From Lama guanicoe (taxonomy: Eukaryota), in contig MU056063.1 in NCBI GenBank assembly GCA_013239625.1, positions 523,360-587,359 of the forward strand: 64,000 nucleotides of DNA, given 5' to 3'. The position numbers and the translations under genes are program-made. Position 1 is the stretch's first letter. The number at the start of each line of letters is the position of its first letter. Of the stretch, positions 26,581 through 38,008 are shown in pieces. The notes under the pieces were generated by a model. It ran no database searches. It saw only the letters and a list, made by a program, of their open reading frames with translations, and was not told the origin of the DNA.

Positions 26581-28117
26581 CACAGGAGGTAACCACTGCC
26601 TTTAAGATCTGATTCCAATGGGAACTCTGAATTTAAAGCCAAGACCTTAGCTAAAAGAAAATTACCTCTCTTCTAAATCAGTAAGTTACGCACAAGACCC
26701 ACCACGTGACTGTTCAACTAACGGACAATGTTGACTAGATTCCCAGAATTTACTTCCCCTCAAATTTTTAATTGAAATTAAATTTAATAAAGGCTCCTAG
26801 AAAAAGGCATCAAATCAATAGGCACTTGGTTCTTACAGGCTGAAATTTGATCTCTAATGGTCCTGGTACACAGCAAAAGCCCTTGCTGGGATTTCCAAAG
26901 GTCCATTATCCTTAATGCTCAACTAAAAAGCACTATTTCACTTAAGGAACCAAACTGGCAACTCAGCTGCCAACTGTTATTTTGCAAAACAGGACACAGT
27001 TAGTTGAAAATTATATTTTTCCAATTAGCACAGTGGGAAACACTGCTGAGGCATTCAGTCCAAGCCTGCAATTAGGGAACATTTGCTCGCTGCTAGAAAT
27101 AGAATGAATGGGAAGTAAAAACCGACTATCTAGGTCTTCAGCAATAATACTCTGGGAGGGGACGGCTCTAATGTCAGCAGTCCCCAGAAAGTAAACATCT
27201 TGCTCCTCTGAATGAGTAGCATTCTGCACTGCACCGGATGAAACCCAGCCACATCTCTGAATATAACAAAAGGGGTTTACGCAAGAGCCCAGCCATTAGA
27301 AAGGCAAGGACCACTGCCGGTGAGCAGCTCTGGTGTTTTATTTTAGTATTTTAAACAACCTATTAATGAAGTCTTGGAAGTCTCCATCTGTCACAAAAGT
27401 AAGAGTTTGGTGTAAGGTCCTCAGCAATCTCCAGCTAGCTGACTCTTTCACGCTTTTCAAAGATCTCAGTGTGTCTCAGATTAAATAACGGCTGGTTAAC
27501 TAATGAGATCCCTCAAGCAGAGGCAGAGACAAAGGCACAGAACAGGGTTAACAAGAAACCCCTCACACCATGGAGCAGGCGTTCAGGAACCTTACTAATA
27601 TGTGGGACACTGAACGAGACCTTCGTGTGCGGCAAGGGAAAAGTGCGGGCAAACCAGGTATTTGCAAATCTCACACACGGCACACACGCAGGGGAGAAAG
27701 GGTTTTAGTAGACCAGGCATCTCCCACATCCCTAGATTGTACAGGGAACACCACAATCCAGCTTTTAACGAGCAAGTGTGTTAATGCTGTCACCTTTGGT
27801 CTCTGAGCCAATGTATGTTGCCTGAATGTGAAAGGAGGAGGCAGGGCGAGAACAAATCCTTCTATTTCCTGCCAGGCAGGAAATGAACTGTTGCAAGCGC
27901 TGGCTTAGCCTAGAACTTAGCCCAGCTTGCAAAGGTTGTGGCAATTTGCAAGCAAACAACTGCATGATTGTGTAACATCTAGTAACTTCTCAGTTACTCT
28001 ATTGTAGGTTAACCAGGTGACCTGTTTATACTGTGAATGATACACTGTTTACCTTCTAGACACCAAGGAGGCTTTACCAAGGAATAAACAACATCTCTCA
28101 AAAAGAGATTCCACAAG

Positions 28118-28146
28118 GGTGTGTGTGTGGGTGTGTGTGTGTGTGT
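28118..28146. repeat. Imperfect (GT)n microsatellite
   Basis: GGTGTGTGTGTGGGTGTGTGTGTGTGTGT seen directly. Confidence 0.85.
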
Positions 28147-30265
28147 ACCTACCTAAGAGACGCAAGCTACCGACAGTCACAATTTACTGATACGCAAGCT
28201 GTTGATAGTTACCTTTGGATCATGGGATTGGGAAAGGGGAAAGAGAGGTTCTTTCATCCTCTGCCCTCCACACTTAACATTTTTTCCGTTCCTACAAATT
28301 TTTCACTTCTTACTCACTTTTTTAAAAAGAATTACCAAAATATCTAGGTAAAGACAGATTCGCCTTCACTCCCTCGTCAACACCACCAAAATGGCAGGAA
28401 GGGACTAGGGTGAGAGACATGGTCAGCCGGCAAGGAGACAAGACGACAAAATTGCAGAAGCCAGACGGTGCTGGAGACAGACGTGGTGGACCCCGCAAAG
28501 GCTGAAGCTAAACTGGCCCCCACAGGCCCAGGATTGGAGAACAAGGTCCCTCGAGAAGAAACAAAGGAGGGATTAAAAGCAGACAGACTGTAAGTCTAAA
28601 TAACAGGGGACATGCTGGTGACATTTAAAAACACGACACTATGTTTTAGACACATCCTGAAGTGTTTTACAGGTGACGTGACATATCTGGGATTTGCTTT
28701 AACACACTCCAGTAAAAATTGTTTGGCGTGGGAGGAAAAGATGAAATGACAGCAGAATGCTGACTGCTCTCGGGGCTGGTTAAGGGGTATGAGTACACAG
28801 GTTCACTAACTCTTCTCTTTTCATGTGTATTTGAAAATCTCCATAATTAAACTCGTTTTATTTATTTTTTTTTTAAGTAGCAGCAGTTAAGCCCCCTACC
28901 CCTGTCCCCGATCCTTTGCCCCACGGTGCAGTCAGCATCTGTCTTCCATGCAGCATTCGACTGGAAGTTTATTTTATAAAGGGCATCATGGACGGCCCAT
29001 GGGCTGGACAATAGCGGAGTTAAGGGTAAGTAACATACAATGTTCAGCCCTCACCCTGCGCAGGAGGAACCAGTGCATTAAAACGACCATGACCCTGCTG
29101 AAAGCATGCAAAGTGATCTAATAATCAACAGGAAAAAGTGTGGCAGTCCTGTGAACTTTAAAATTCTTTTCTCAAATTTTTAGTTGTAAATGCATGCAGA
29201 AATGGAAAAAATTATAAAAATATTTATTTAGCACACTGTCATTTAAAACATTAGCAATATTGGGATTAAAATGTTCAGGGATCAGCTTCCAACATGTTAC
29301 CTTTTTTTTCCCTGTGAAGAAATTATCTCCGAGAAGTCCCTTAGTGTGAAGTTCCGGCCAGGCCAGCGTCGTCTCCTCTGGGACATGTGCATCCTTTCCT
29401 TCACAATCACTTTCCTCGTTTACGCCAACAAGCTACCTGCACCAAGGGCCCCTGGCTGCCCACCTACAATCCCTCACAGGAGCAGGGTCAACCGTCCCGA
29501 GTTCAAATGCAACTCAATTCGTGTCCAATCTGAATTCCGCAGAATTATTTGCAGTGTAGCAAGTTTCTGCCACCCTGCGTATTACTGCTATTTTCTGCCA
29601 TGTTTTCAATTTCTTCCAAACCTCAGCTGAAGCAATCGCAAGATGACCATCAACGGGCTGTCCAAATCTGTTAAAAGTTGAAATAACCTCTTTGCCCATT
29701 GGCTGGATCCATGAAAGTTGTTTCATGGTAAAAGGCAAGTTTGCACACTTTCATCCAAGCCCCCAAGAGAATCTGGAACGTAATCCAGCAGCGGTGCTGA
29801 AAAGCCTCCAGTATCTCTCTACCGCTGGGATCACCACCAAAAAGCTTTGCTGGGAGTGAACTGAACAGGCACACAGCAACCAGTCGCCAACAGGCTTTGA
29901 AAGGAGTGACCCGAGAGGTCACTCATCCGGTCGATGTGCATCTGTTCCTCTGTAAATGGGATCTGCGGACTGAAGAGCTAGCATTAAAGTTTGTACTTTA
30001 TGCAATTACTCCGTGAGTACGCCTCAGCGACTGACATTCGAATCGTGTTGTTCGGGGACTGGTGTTACCTAAAAACTGTGGTAACGAATGCGTGCATCTG
30101 GGGTCACGCAAATCAAGGACTGCAGGTACTGAAAGCAAGGAGACTGAAATATACAATGACCTCTTCGCCCACTGAGCCCCAGGACGCTGAGCAGTCAGGG
30201 CTGTACCTTCCTGATTCTTCTCTGGGATTCCCCGCAAGGAAACAGCCTAAGCAGATCACACCCGA

Positions 30266-30470
30266 CCAGGATTTCTCAACCTCAGCACTTCTGACATTTT
30301 AGATCAGATACCTCTTTGTTGTGAGGGGACAGCCGGTGCATGCAGGAGGTTTATACTCACATCTCTGGTCAGTAGCATCCCCCAGCTGTGACAACCAAAA
30401 ATGTCTCTAAAATTGCCACATAGCCCAGGGGGCTGGGGCAGCAAAAAATCACTTCTGGTTGAGAATCATC
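30266..30470. mobile_element. MER20 DNA transposon
   Basis: TTTCTCAACCTCAGCACTTCTGACATTTT...GTGACAACCAAAAATGTCTC...GGTTGAGAATCA. Confidence 0.8.
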
Positions 30471-33050
30471 GCCCGAAACAAAGCCCCTCCCAGCCGCCCA
30501 GTCCCACAGGTGCCACCCACACACTTGGAGCTTCCACCAGCATTTCAGCTCTGCCCCTAAGTGAGAGCTGTTGACCGGAGATCACCAGGCAGCTGAGGAA
30601 AGCCTTTGGCACGTGGGACTAGAGCGAAAAGCGCCCGTGAAAAGAAGAAAAATATTTTAGTAAATTAAAATGATCACTAATATCCTCAAAGAAGAGATAC
30701 TGACTGCATCCGTGAAATGGGATGCTATTTGTAAGATTTTGGAAATTAAAAAGGAGCAGAAATTTTCATAGCAGGACATCACTCAACAAACGACAAGGTC
30801 AGATAAACAGAAAAATGTACTGAGCAAAAAACTGGGAAATGAGACTAGTTCAGAAGCTTAGAAAGAGCCAAGGGAAGGGAGGGAAGGTATGGAAGATAGC
30901 AAAGTAATTCAGGAAGTTCCTCAAACTGAAGACTGTGAATTTCTGGACTTCAAAGAAGTTAAGTGCTCAGTTCACTGCAAGTAAACCGACTCTTCACTGT
31001 CAAGTTTCCAACACTAAAGATGAAATGTCTATCAACAAGCTTCCAGGGAGAAAGATGGGTGTCACACACATGAAGGATCAGTCATCAGAAAGTCCCCGGC
31101 TTCCTCAGCAGCTCCGAAAGCAGTGCCTTCAATATTCTGAAGGGAAAATTCTTCTGAACCTAGATTCTATATTCAAATGATCAACTAAATGTGAAGAAAG
31201 AATAAAACCACGTTCAGATGTCCAAGGTCTCAAGAAAAAAAACCCTCCCAACACTCTTACCCCAGAAGCTGCGACAGGCTGCTCTCCACAAAACAAGGGA
31301 ACGAACCAAGAAAAACAAACACACGCGCTATCTATAGGAAATCCAACAAAGGAGGTGAAAGAAATCCCCAGAATGGTGGAGCGAAGTGCTAGGATGCAGA
31401 TGTGAAACTTGTCTGAACTGGAACAGATCAGAAGCGGTGAGCGAGGCTTCCCTAAAATACTGGGAACCTTCCTGTTTCCTGAGAGCCCTAAAAGGGAATC
31501 AGACAGCTTGTGGAGAGTTTGGGGATGACTAGTAGCAAGCATCTAATTTAAAAAATGGGGGGCGGGGGGAGAAGAGGGGAGGAGCCAGCTTACTGCAGGG
31601 AAAACAAAGTCGTCATCACAATCTATTTACTGTGAGACTCAGCAGCTCAGTGATATTTTTAGTGACTTTACCAAAATTAAGTCCCGATTACAAGGCGAAG
31701 GTGGGAGATGAGGGTCTGTGTACGATCAAAGTTGGAGAGGACCAGAACTAAACATCATTTTTCACTTACGGGGAGAACCACAACTGAAAGAGCCAAGTAG
31801 TAATACAAACACAGAAAGGAAAGAAAGTGGTTTCTCAGCAAAGGGGAAAATGGTGGTGGGAGACCCATTTTCCTTGTAAGCCTTATTGAATCAGAGTCCT
31901 TAACATGCACACATAAACCTTGATTAAGAAAAAAAACACCTGGGGGGAGGGGTGGAGTAAAAACAGGACATCTATGCCCAAGAAAAACAGGCCAGGTTCG
32001 CAACAGCTTGTGCCCTGGCCCCTGGCAGGGATCACTATATACGGAAGCACGAATTCAAATTCCCTCTGGTCTCTTCCTAGTGCTTGGGGTTCTTCCACCC
32101 CAGACCTGGCTGCTCTTCCTAAAGAAACACATTTCTGTTTCAAGTACTCCCTCAGCTGTCCCCGCCTGAGCCGCGGGGAAACCCCTGCTTGGGGTTACTA
32201 CCCCCATTTCATCACAGGGCGAAGACAGGAGCTGGGCCTGGGCGAGGTCACGCAGCACCAGGTGAGGGCCTCCTGCAGACCCTCCAGTCCTGGGCTTAAC
32301 GCTAGGTCTACCCACCACAGCCCTCTTCTTCCCCTTCCTCAAGTGAGGTCGCCCGGCTGCTTTCAGCCAGCCTGGGGCTACAGGTCCTGTCCATTCTCAG
32401 CTAACTAACTACTGGGGAAGATACGGAAGGTCCCCAGGTCTGTTTTGTCATCTGCAAAACAATGGGAAGGCCTACTGCAAAAGGCCTGGAGGGCTGAATG
32501 TACATACAAAGCTCAGTGCAGTACTTGACACGGAGTGGGGAACACTTACTGAGAGGCTCCACGGTGAGCGCACATCCAGTGGTCTCATGTCCCTCAGGCA
32601 CAGGTCAGGCAGGCACAGTCTTAACCTTGTTACCGTCTTCCTAAAGCATCTTCCTGAAACCAACTCTTAGGGCAGGAGTCATCAACGTAGTTTGCAAAGC
32701 AATGCACTCTTCCTCAACTGTTCTGATCAAGCGTCAAGACTAAAGAACCCAGCGCTGCGAATTTTCCAGTGCAGCTGAGCTACACACACAACACACACAC
32801 AACACCCCCCTACTCATTTTAGCATTCTTAGTAGTAGCGATGCTGCAAACAATTTAAGTAAGGATCTGGTAAAATAAAAGTCCATTCAAACAGGAAAACT
32901 TTGTGGCTGCTAAAAACAAGTAGATCTCTGCATGTGACTGTGAAAATGTCTGGGGTGTGCTAGTAAAAGGAGAAATGCCAAACTGTTAAGAATAGTCCCC
33001 ATGGAGTAATGTCACGTACATTCTGGAATCACAAGAAACCTAACGGGGAC

Positions 33051-33206
33051 GGGGGGAGGGCGTGACTCGGTGGTAAAGCACATGCTTAGCATGCGTGAGG
33101 TCCAGGGTTCAATCCCTAGTACCTGTTAAAACAATAAACAAACCAACCTAATTACCGCCACCCCCGGAAACAACAAAAAAAAAGCCAAGAAAAAGTATTT
33201 TAAAAA
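33051..33206 (+). mobile_element. Vic-1-like SINE just downstream of the SLC20A1 polyA site
   Basis: AAGAAAC(C/A)TAAC TSD. Confidence 0.85.
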
Positions 33207-33349
33207 AAGAAACATAACAGGGAGGAGTGGAAAACTTTAAAAGCTAGAGAGCAGTTCTCATTTGTTGAGTCACACGCTCCTAAGAATGACAAACGGCTAA
33301 CTGATCAGGATATGCTTCAAATACGAACAAAAACCATGGGAACAAGTTT

Positions 33350-34149
33350 TCTAAAAACTGTAGGCTTTTTTATTCAGTTCAGAGGTAGACAGATGAACAT
33401 GGAAGGCTGGCCCATTATTTAACTCACCCAAAGTTCATACTCCACTTCCTTCATCCATCCCACACTGCCAGAAATCTTAAAGAAATAACCAAGACGGCCA
33501 GAGGGATTTTTCTTCCTACTTCTTCTTAGCAGTAACAGTCAACGAACTGCTTGCAAAGAAGTTACTACTAACTTAATTTTCACTGTGTCCAAAGAACCTC
33601 GTCCCTGTAAGAAGCTCCCACAAATGCCAAGAGAACCTGCCGCTACCGACGGGAGGGCAGAGGACAAATGACTATTTCTCTAAGAGACTATGAGGGAAGC
33701 TTCGGCTATGGTTTCTGTTAAGTCCCTGTGCGTGTTCGGGCAGAAGCTGGTGAAGCCAACAAAGCAGAGCGCACCCCGCCAAAGGGCTCTGAATGGTCGT
33801 TTAAAAAAAAAAAAAATCACACGTGATCTTCAGAGACAACATTATAACATAATGGAATTGAAGCCTGATACAAAAAGTAGAGAAGTATGTACAGGAATTC
33901 ACAGCCCAGAAGGAAAGGGACGTCAAGAGGAACCCGTGGAAACCTGGCTGTTATACGTCGCTAATTTTGAGACAAGTCATATTTAGCACAAAAGCAATTA
34001 ATTATAGCACGAGGAGCGCTTCCCTCCCACAGCTCCCTAACTTTACAAAGACTCCTGTCGGTCTCCTGTAACACTGTCATCATTCTTCCAAGGAGCAGGA
34101 ATGTCTAAGGTGGTCCCAAACATTGACCCGACTTTCATCTCAAACGGCT
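33350..34149 (-). other. SLC20A1: SLC20A1 3' UTR (about 800 nt)
   Basis: Lies between the stop codon and the first clear AATAAA; cleavage site approximate. Confidence 0.75.
33369..33374 (-). terminator. Polyadenylation signal AATAAA of SLC20A1
   Basis: Plus-strand tttatt reads AATAAA on the minus strand about 780 nt after the stop codon. Confidence 0.75.
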
Positions 34150-34311
34150 TCACGCTTTGAGGATGACATACTTGAAGACCGCCATGATAGCAGCACTGAT
34201 CACGCCAGAGATGGGGACTGTGACAAACCAGGCCATGAAGATGTTGCGGAAGAGTCGCCAATCAACAGCCTTTTTGGATCGGAGCCAGCCGACAGACACA
34301 ACAGAGCCCAC
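34150..34311 (-). CDS. SLC20A1: SLC20A1 exon 11 coding part ([53 protein letters not shown])
   Basis: cccgtag|GTGGGC acceptor; TGA at 34152-34150. Confidence 0.97.
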   Translation of the reverse strand: MGSVVSVGWLRSKKAVDWRLFRNIFMAWFVTVPISGVISAAIMAVFKYVILKA

Positions 34312-34555
34312 CTACGGGGGAAAACGATCGAGGAAACTGGTTACTGAAGGGCCGGTGGCATTTTGCTAAACAGACACATGACCGTGTGTAGGTCAGGAGC
34401 CCGGCCGTTCCAGGAGAGCTGGTTTGTAACAGGTCAGGGAGCTTACTCACGGGAAGATGAAGGCAATATAAAACCCAGTCACTGAATCTGTGCTAACTGG
34501 GGCAAAATACAGTAGGACAGGAAAACTTCCTTTTTCCTTTCTGAGCTGCTAGAAC

Positions 34556-34683
34556 TTTTTTTGAATTTTTTAGGGGGGGAGGTAATTAAGTTTATTTTAT
34601 TTTTAACGGCAGTGGTGAGGATTGAACCCAGGACCTCGTGCATGCTAGGCACACACTCTACCACTGAGCTATACCCTCCCCCA
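34556..34683 (-). mobile_element. Vic-1-like SINE (intron 10)
   Basis: Reverse complement of the consensus (GAACCCAGGACCTCGTGCATGCTAGGCAC...CACTGAGCTATACCCTCCCC). Confidence 0.9.
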
Positions 34684-34728
34684 GCTACTGGAGCTTAAGG
34701 AACTAGATTAACAACAATAAACTGCGTT

Positions 34729-34882
34729 GGGGGGAGGGTATAGCTCCAGTGGCAGAGTGCGCACTGCCGTGCGTGCTCAGCTTGCACGAAGTCCTGGGTT
34801 TGATCTCCAGCACTTCTATTGAAAAAAATAATTAAATAAATAAACCTAATTACCGCCTCCCCCAAAACAAACAAAAAAATAA
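34729..34882 (+). mobile_element. Vic-1-like SINE (intron 10)
   Basis: TSD AATAAACTGC (34716-34725 and 34883-34892). Confidence 0.9.
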
Positions 34883-34912
34883 AATAAACTGCTTTAAGAG
34901 TGTAATCCTTTA

Positions 34913-35031
34913 GGGGGAAGGGTACAGCTCAAGTGGTAGAGCACATGTTTAGCATGCATGAGGGTCCTGGGCTCAATCCCCAGTACCTCCCTTAAAAATA
35001 AACAAACAATTACCTCCCACTCAAAAAAATA
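34913..35031 (+). mobile_element. Vic-1-like SINE (intron 10)
   Basis: Head and tail consensus. Confidence 0.88.
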
Positions 35032-35333
35032 AGATATACTGCCCTTCAACAGTCCAACAAGCCTCACGGACTCACTAACTCTATATGAAAGGGCTTCTGC
35101 ATCATTTGGGAAGAAAACATTATCTGCTTAAAGTAACAGACACAAGAAATTGCAAAATGTAATAAGCCTCTGCATTCTTAACAGTCACTCATCCTAAACA
35201 TGTGAACTCATCAAGACTCCAACTGCATAAAACTTCTTATACCAAAGTATCAAAGTGAAAACAAAACCAAAAAAGCCCTCCACGTATCTACTAGAACCAT
35301 TGGAAAGATACGGGTCTGCGACATTACACTTAC

Positions 35334-35418
35334 TTTACAATGTGTTGTACTGATGGGAAGGCCAATATTTGATGCAATTACTACCGTGAGGGCAGACGCC
35401 AGTTCAATACTGAAGCCG
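35334..35418 (-). CDS. SLC20A1: SLC20A1 exon 10 ([29 protein letters not shown])
   Basis: tctacag|CGGC acceptor, AAA|GTAAGT donor, 85 nt, LPISTTH motif. Confidence 0.97.
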
Positions 35419-35969
35419 CTGTAGACACAAAAAGATCACTTATCAGGAACGGAATTTAAATTTTAATAAGCCAGCACTACCTCAAAGTTAAGTAGTTCTG
35501 TGCTCTACCTAGTGGCAAACCTCCACTGACACCTTTAGTTTGCTTTAACTCCTGAAATGTATTTTAATTTAGGCCATGAGATTCCTCTTTTCCAAGGTTT
35601 GAGGTTTTAAGGTTTTCTAGAAGCCCATTATTAAGGTCTGTGCTTTTATTTTGAAGATTCTAATAAATTTTGAAGAATTCAGTAAACAAAGGCCAAATAT
35701 ATGTGGCTATTCGGTCATGGCCCACACTTCTCAGAAAAGTCACTCTGTTAGAGTCCACTGGAGTTGAATAAATATTTAACCAAAATTATGTTTAAGGGCC
35801 AGACACTAAGTAAAATCTAAAACGTTCACACCAACACAGAGAATAGCATTGGGAACTTGCACACACTTGGTTACTGTAACCGAAGTGTGACTTACGTGGT
35901 CACGCTGTGCAGTATCCTCTCTCTTTGGAAATGAGCATTAATTAACCTGAGCCCTGCTTTACCGCTTAC

Positions 35970-36155
35970 CTAGAGGGTGTGATTGGCGTCAGGTCCTTCC
36001 CCATGGTCTGGATAACTCTCCGTCCCCAAACCCACAGGCCGATACAGATACCAACACCGCCATAGAGCAGAAGCCATATGGGTGTCGCTACTTTTGTAGA
36101 AACATCTCCCGTGTCATAAACAAGATACAGAGCAACCAGAGGACCAATGGCGTTG
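35970..36155 (-). CDS. SLC20A1: SLC20A1 exon 9 ([33 protein letters not shown]...DLTPITPS), includes retroviral receptor region A
   Basis: tttcag|CAAC acceptor, AG|GTAAGC donor, 186 nt. Confidence 0.97.
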
Positions 36156-36746
36156 CTGAAAGGAAAAAGAGGGCAAAGATGATTTTAGGCAGAACTAGAC
36201 CTTGGCAAGATCCTACTTGTTAAATGACCTACTACGCTGTCTGAAGTTAAGCTTCCATCAGCAAACTGGTCAATAAATAAAAGGAACCCCCGCACACACA
36301 ACAGAAGGAAACGAGAGCCCTTCTCAGGGGGAATGCCACACATTTGGTGGCCTGTCCTCCCTCCTACAGGCCACCTACAGCAAATCTGGGGTTCCAATGA
36401 ACAGTTTACAAAGCACAAAACTAAGATTAACCTACAAATTCATTCTGTGGAGCAGTGATTACTACCAAAGAAGCGGATCCCAAGTCAACAGACCAAAAGG
36501 CTTCCCCATGAAAGCTCTGTGTTGACATCATCTACAGGAACAGAGTTAAGCATATTCTTTGTAATCTCTCTGAAGAAAAAAAGATTTCTTCCTGTTTTAA
36601 GTCATTAACTGCGACTTCCTCATCCTCTCTAGATTATTCAGTGTCCCACGGGTGGTGTGAGTACCATAGCCACAAGCAGAGCCTCATAAAAGGACGAGGT
36701 GGTATAAAAATAAAACACGCAATGCCAAGAATCGTAACTGACTGAC

Positions 36747-37305
36747 CTGACGTCATTGCCACCATGGGCGAAGGACCCAAAGCAGGCTGTGAGGATCTGC
36801 AGGAACTGGAAGAGGAGAGACACTTCAGGTTTGTCCTGGTCATACCACTCCTCGAGAGAGCTGCCGCTGCCTTTTCTGTCCCCCAGACCCATCTCTGCCT
36901 TGACATTCATGTCGATCTCGGACGCCGAGTGGATGTCAGACACGGCGTTGCAGTAACTGGTGTAACTGTCCATTCGAATTCGCTTCTTGCTGTCCGTGTT
37001 CGGCCAGGTCAGCTTCTCCATCTCCTCCCCTTTCTGCTCGCCCTCTTTGGCACGGAAGGAGTCCAGGGGCATGCCGCAGATCGCCATGGTGTAGGAGGTG
37101 TAGCTGTTGTTACGCCTCAGGGGTTTGTCGCCCGAGTCTCCCATGCAGTCTCCCACCTTGGCCAGGTGTAACTTGTGGAGCAGCTCTTTGTACAGGCCAG
37201 AATCCTTGTGCACGGTGTGGTACTGATAGTGGCCGCTGGAGTTGATCTGGTTACTGACGGCTTGATTGAACTGAACCAGGTTCCCATTAGGCAACTGCAC
37301 TGTGC
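36747..37305 (-). CDS. SLC20A1: SLC20A1 exon 8 (TVQLPNGNLV...RRNNSYTSYTMAICG...FAHGGNDVS)
   Basis: ccag|GCACA acceptor, AG|GTCAGT donor, 559 nt; matches ORF 36638..37300. Confidence 0.97.
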
Positions 37306-37427
37306 CTGGCCAAGAACCAAAAGGTAACAGTCAACTCCAAGAGCACCAGGTCCAAACTATGAGCCGCCCCACAGCAGTGGTAACAAAGGGAACCCCGACT
37401 TCCCCCACCCGAGGGGAGCCCACTCAC

Positions 37428-37697
37428 CGTTCATGGCACCATCTATGCTGGTCTCCTCCTTCAGGTCCACGCTCGGAAGCCTCTCCCGCTCCGGGGCTTC
37501 CTCCAAGTCTCCAAGTTTGAAGGAGACCGTCCTCTCCTCCACCACAGCCCGGAGGGGTACCGGGGCAGACCCGGCCTCAGAAGCGGGGTTCCTGGCCTCG
37601 ACGTCACTGACAGACAGCTTTGTTTCTTCATGGTCTTCTTTCAAGCTGTTCTTTTTTTCCATTAACGGGCTTTCAGAAGGACTAGACTTGATCTCTC
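37428..37697 (-). CDS. SLC20A1: SLC20A1 exon 7 (EIKSSPSESPLMEKKNSLKEDHEE...IDGAMNG), large intracellular loop
   Basis: ttttctag|GAGAG acceptor, AACG|GTGAGT donor, 270 nt. Confidence 0.96.
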
Positions 37698-37889
37698 CTA
37701 GAAAAGAAGGATGTTTTGTTTGATTTTGACCAAACTAACTCGTTCTAGATTTCTCCGTTCCCCCATCTCAAAGTAAGAACACAGGTCACCTTCAGCCAAA
37801 GTTCAAGATACTTCTCCTGTCTGCCTCGTCATCTCTCTTACGTTTCATTTGGGTAGAAACCAGCAATGCAAATGCAGAACACCCTCTTA

Positions 37890-38008
37890 TCAGAGGTTGC
37901 AAACTTTTTTATTAAAGACCCAGACAGTAAAATATTTTAGGTTCTGTGGGCTGTTGTGTATTCTTGTTTTTTATAACCCTTTACAAAGGTAAAAACCATT
38001 CTAGTTCC
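37890..38008. mobile_element. MER58-like fragment (intron 6)
   Basis: CAGAGGTTGCAAACTTTTT...CCAGACAGTAAAATATTTTAGG..GTGGGC. Confidence 0.65.

Noticed and set aside
29070-30170. Unique-looking stretch resembling decayed coding or hAT transposon sequence
   Set aside because: No ORF with recognisable motifs and no terminal inverted repeats identified; needs a Dfam or tBLASTx search.
36638-36746. ORF-track extensions beyond exon 8 (RSVSYDSWHC...) and beyond exon 2 (EFLCIGP...)
   Set aside because: Intron read-through past canonical GT donors.
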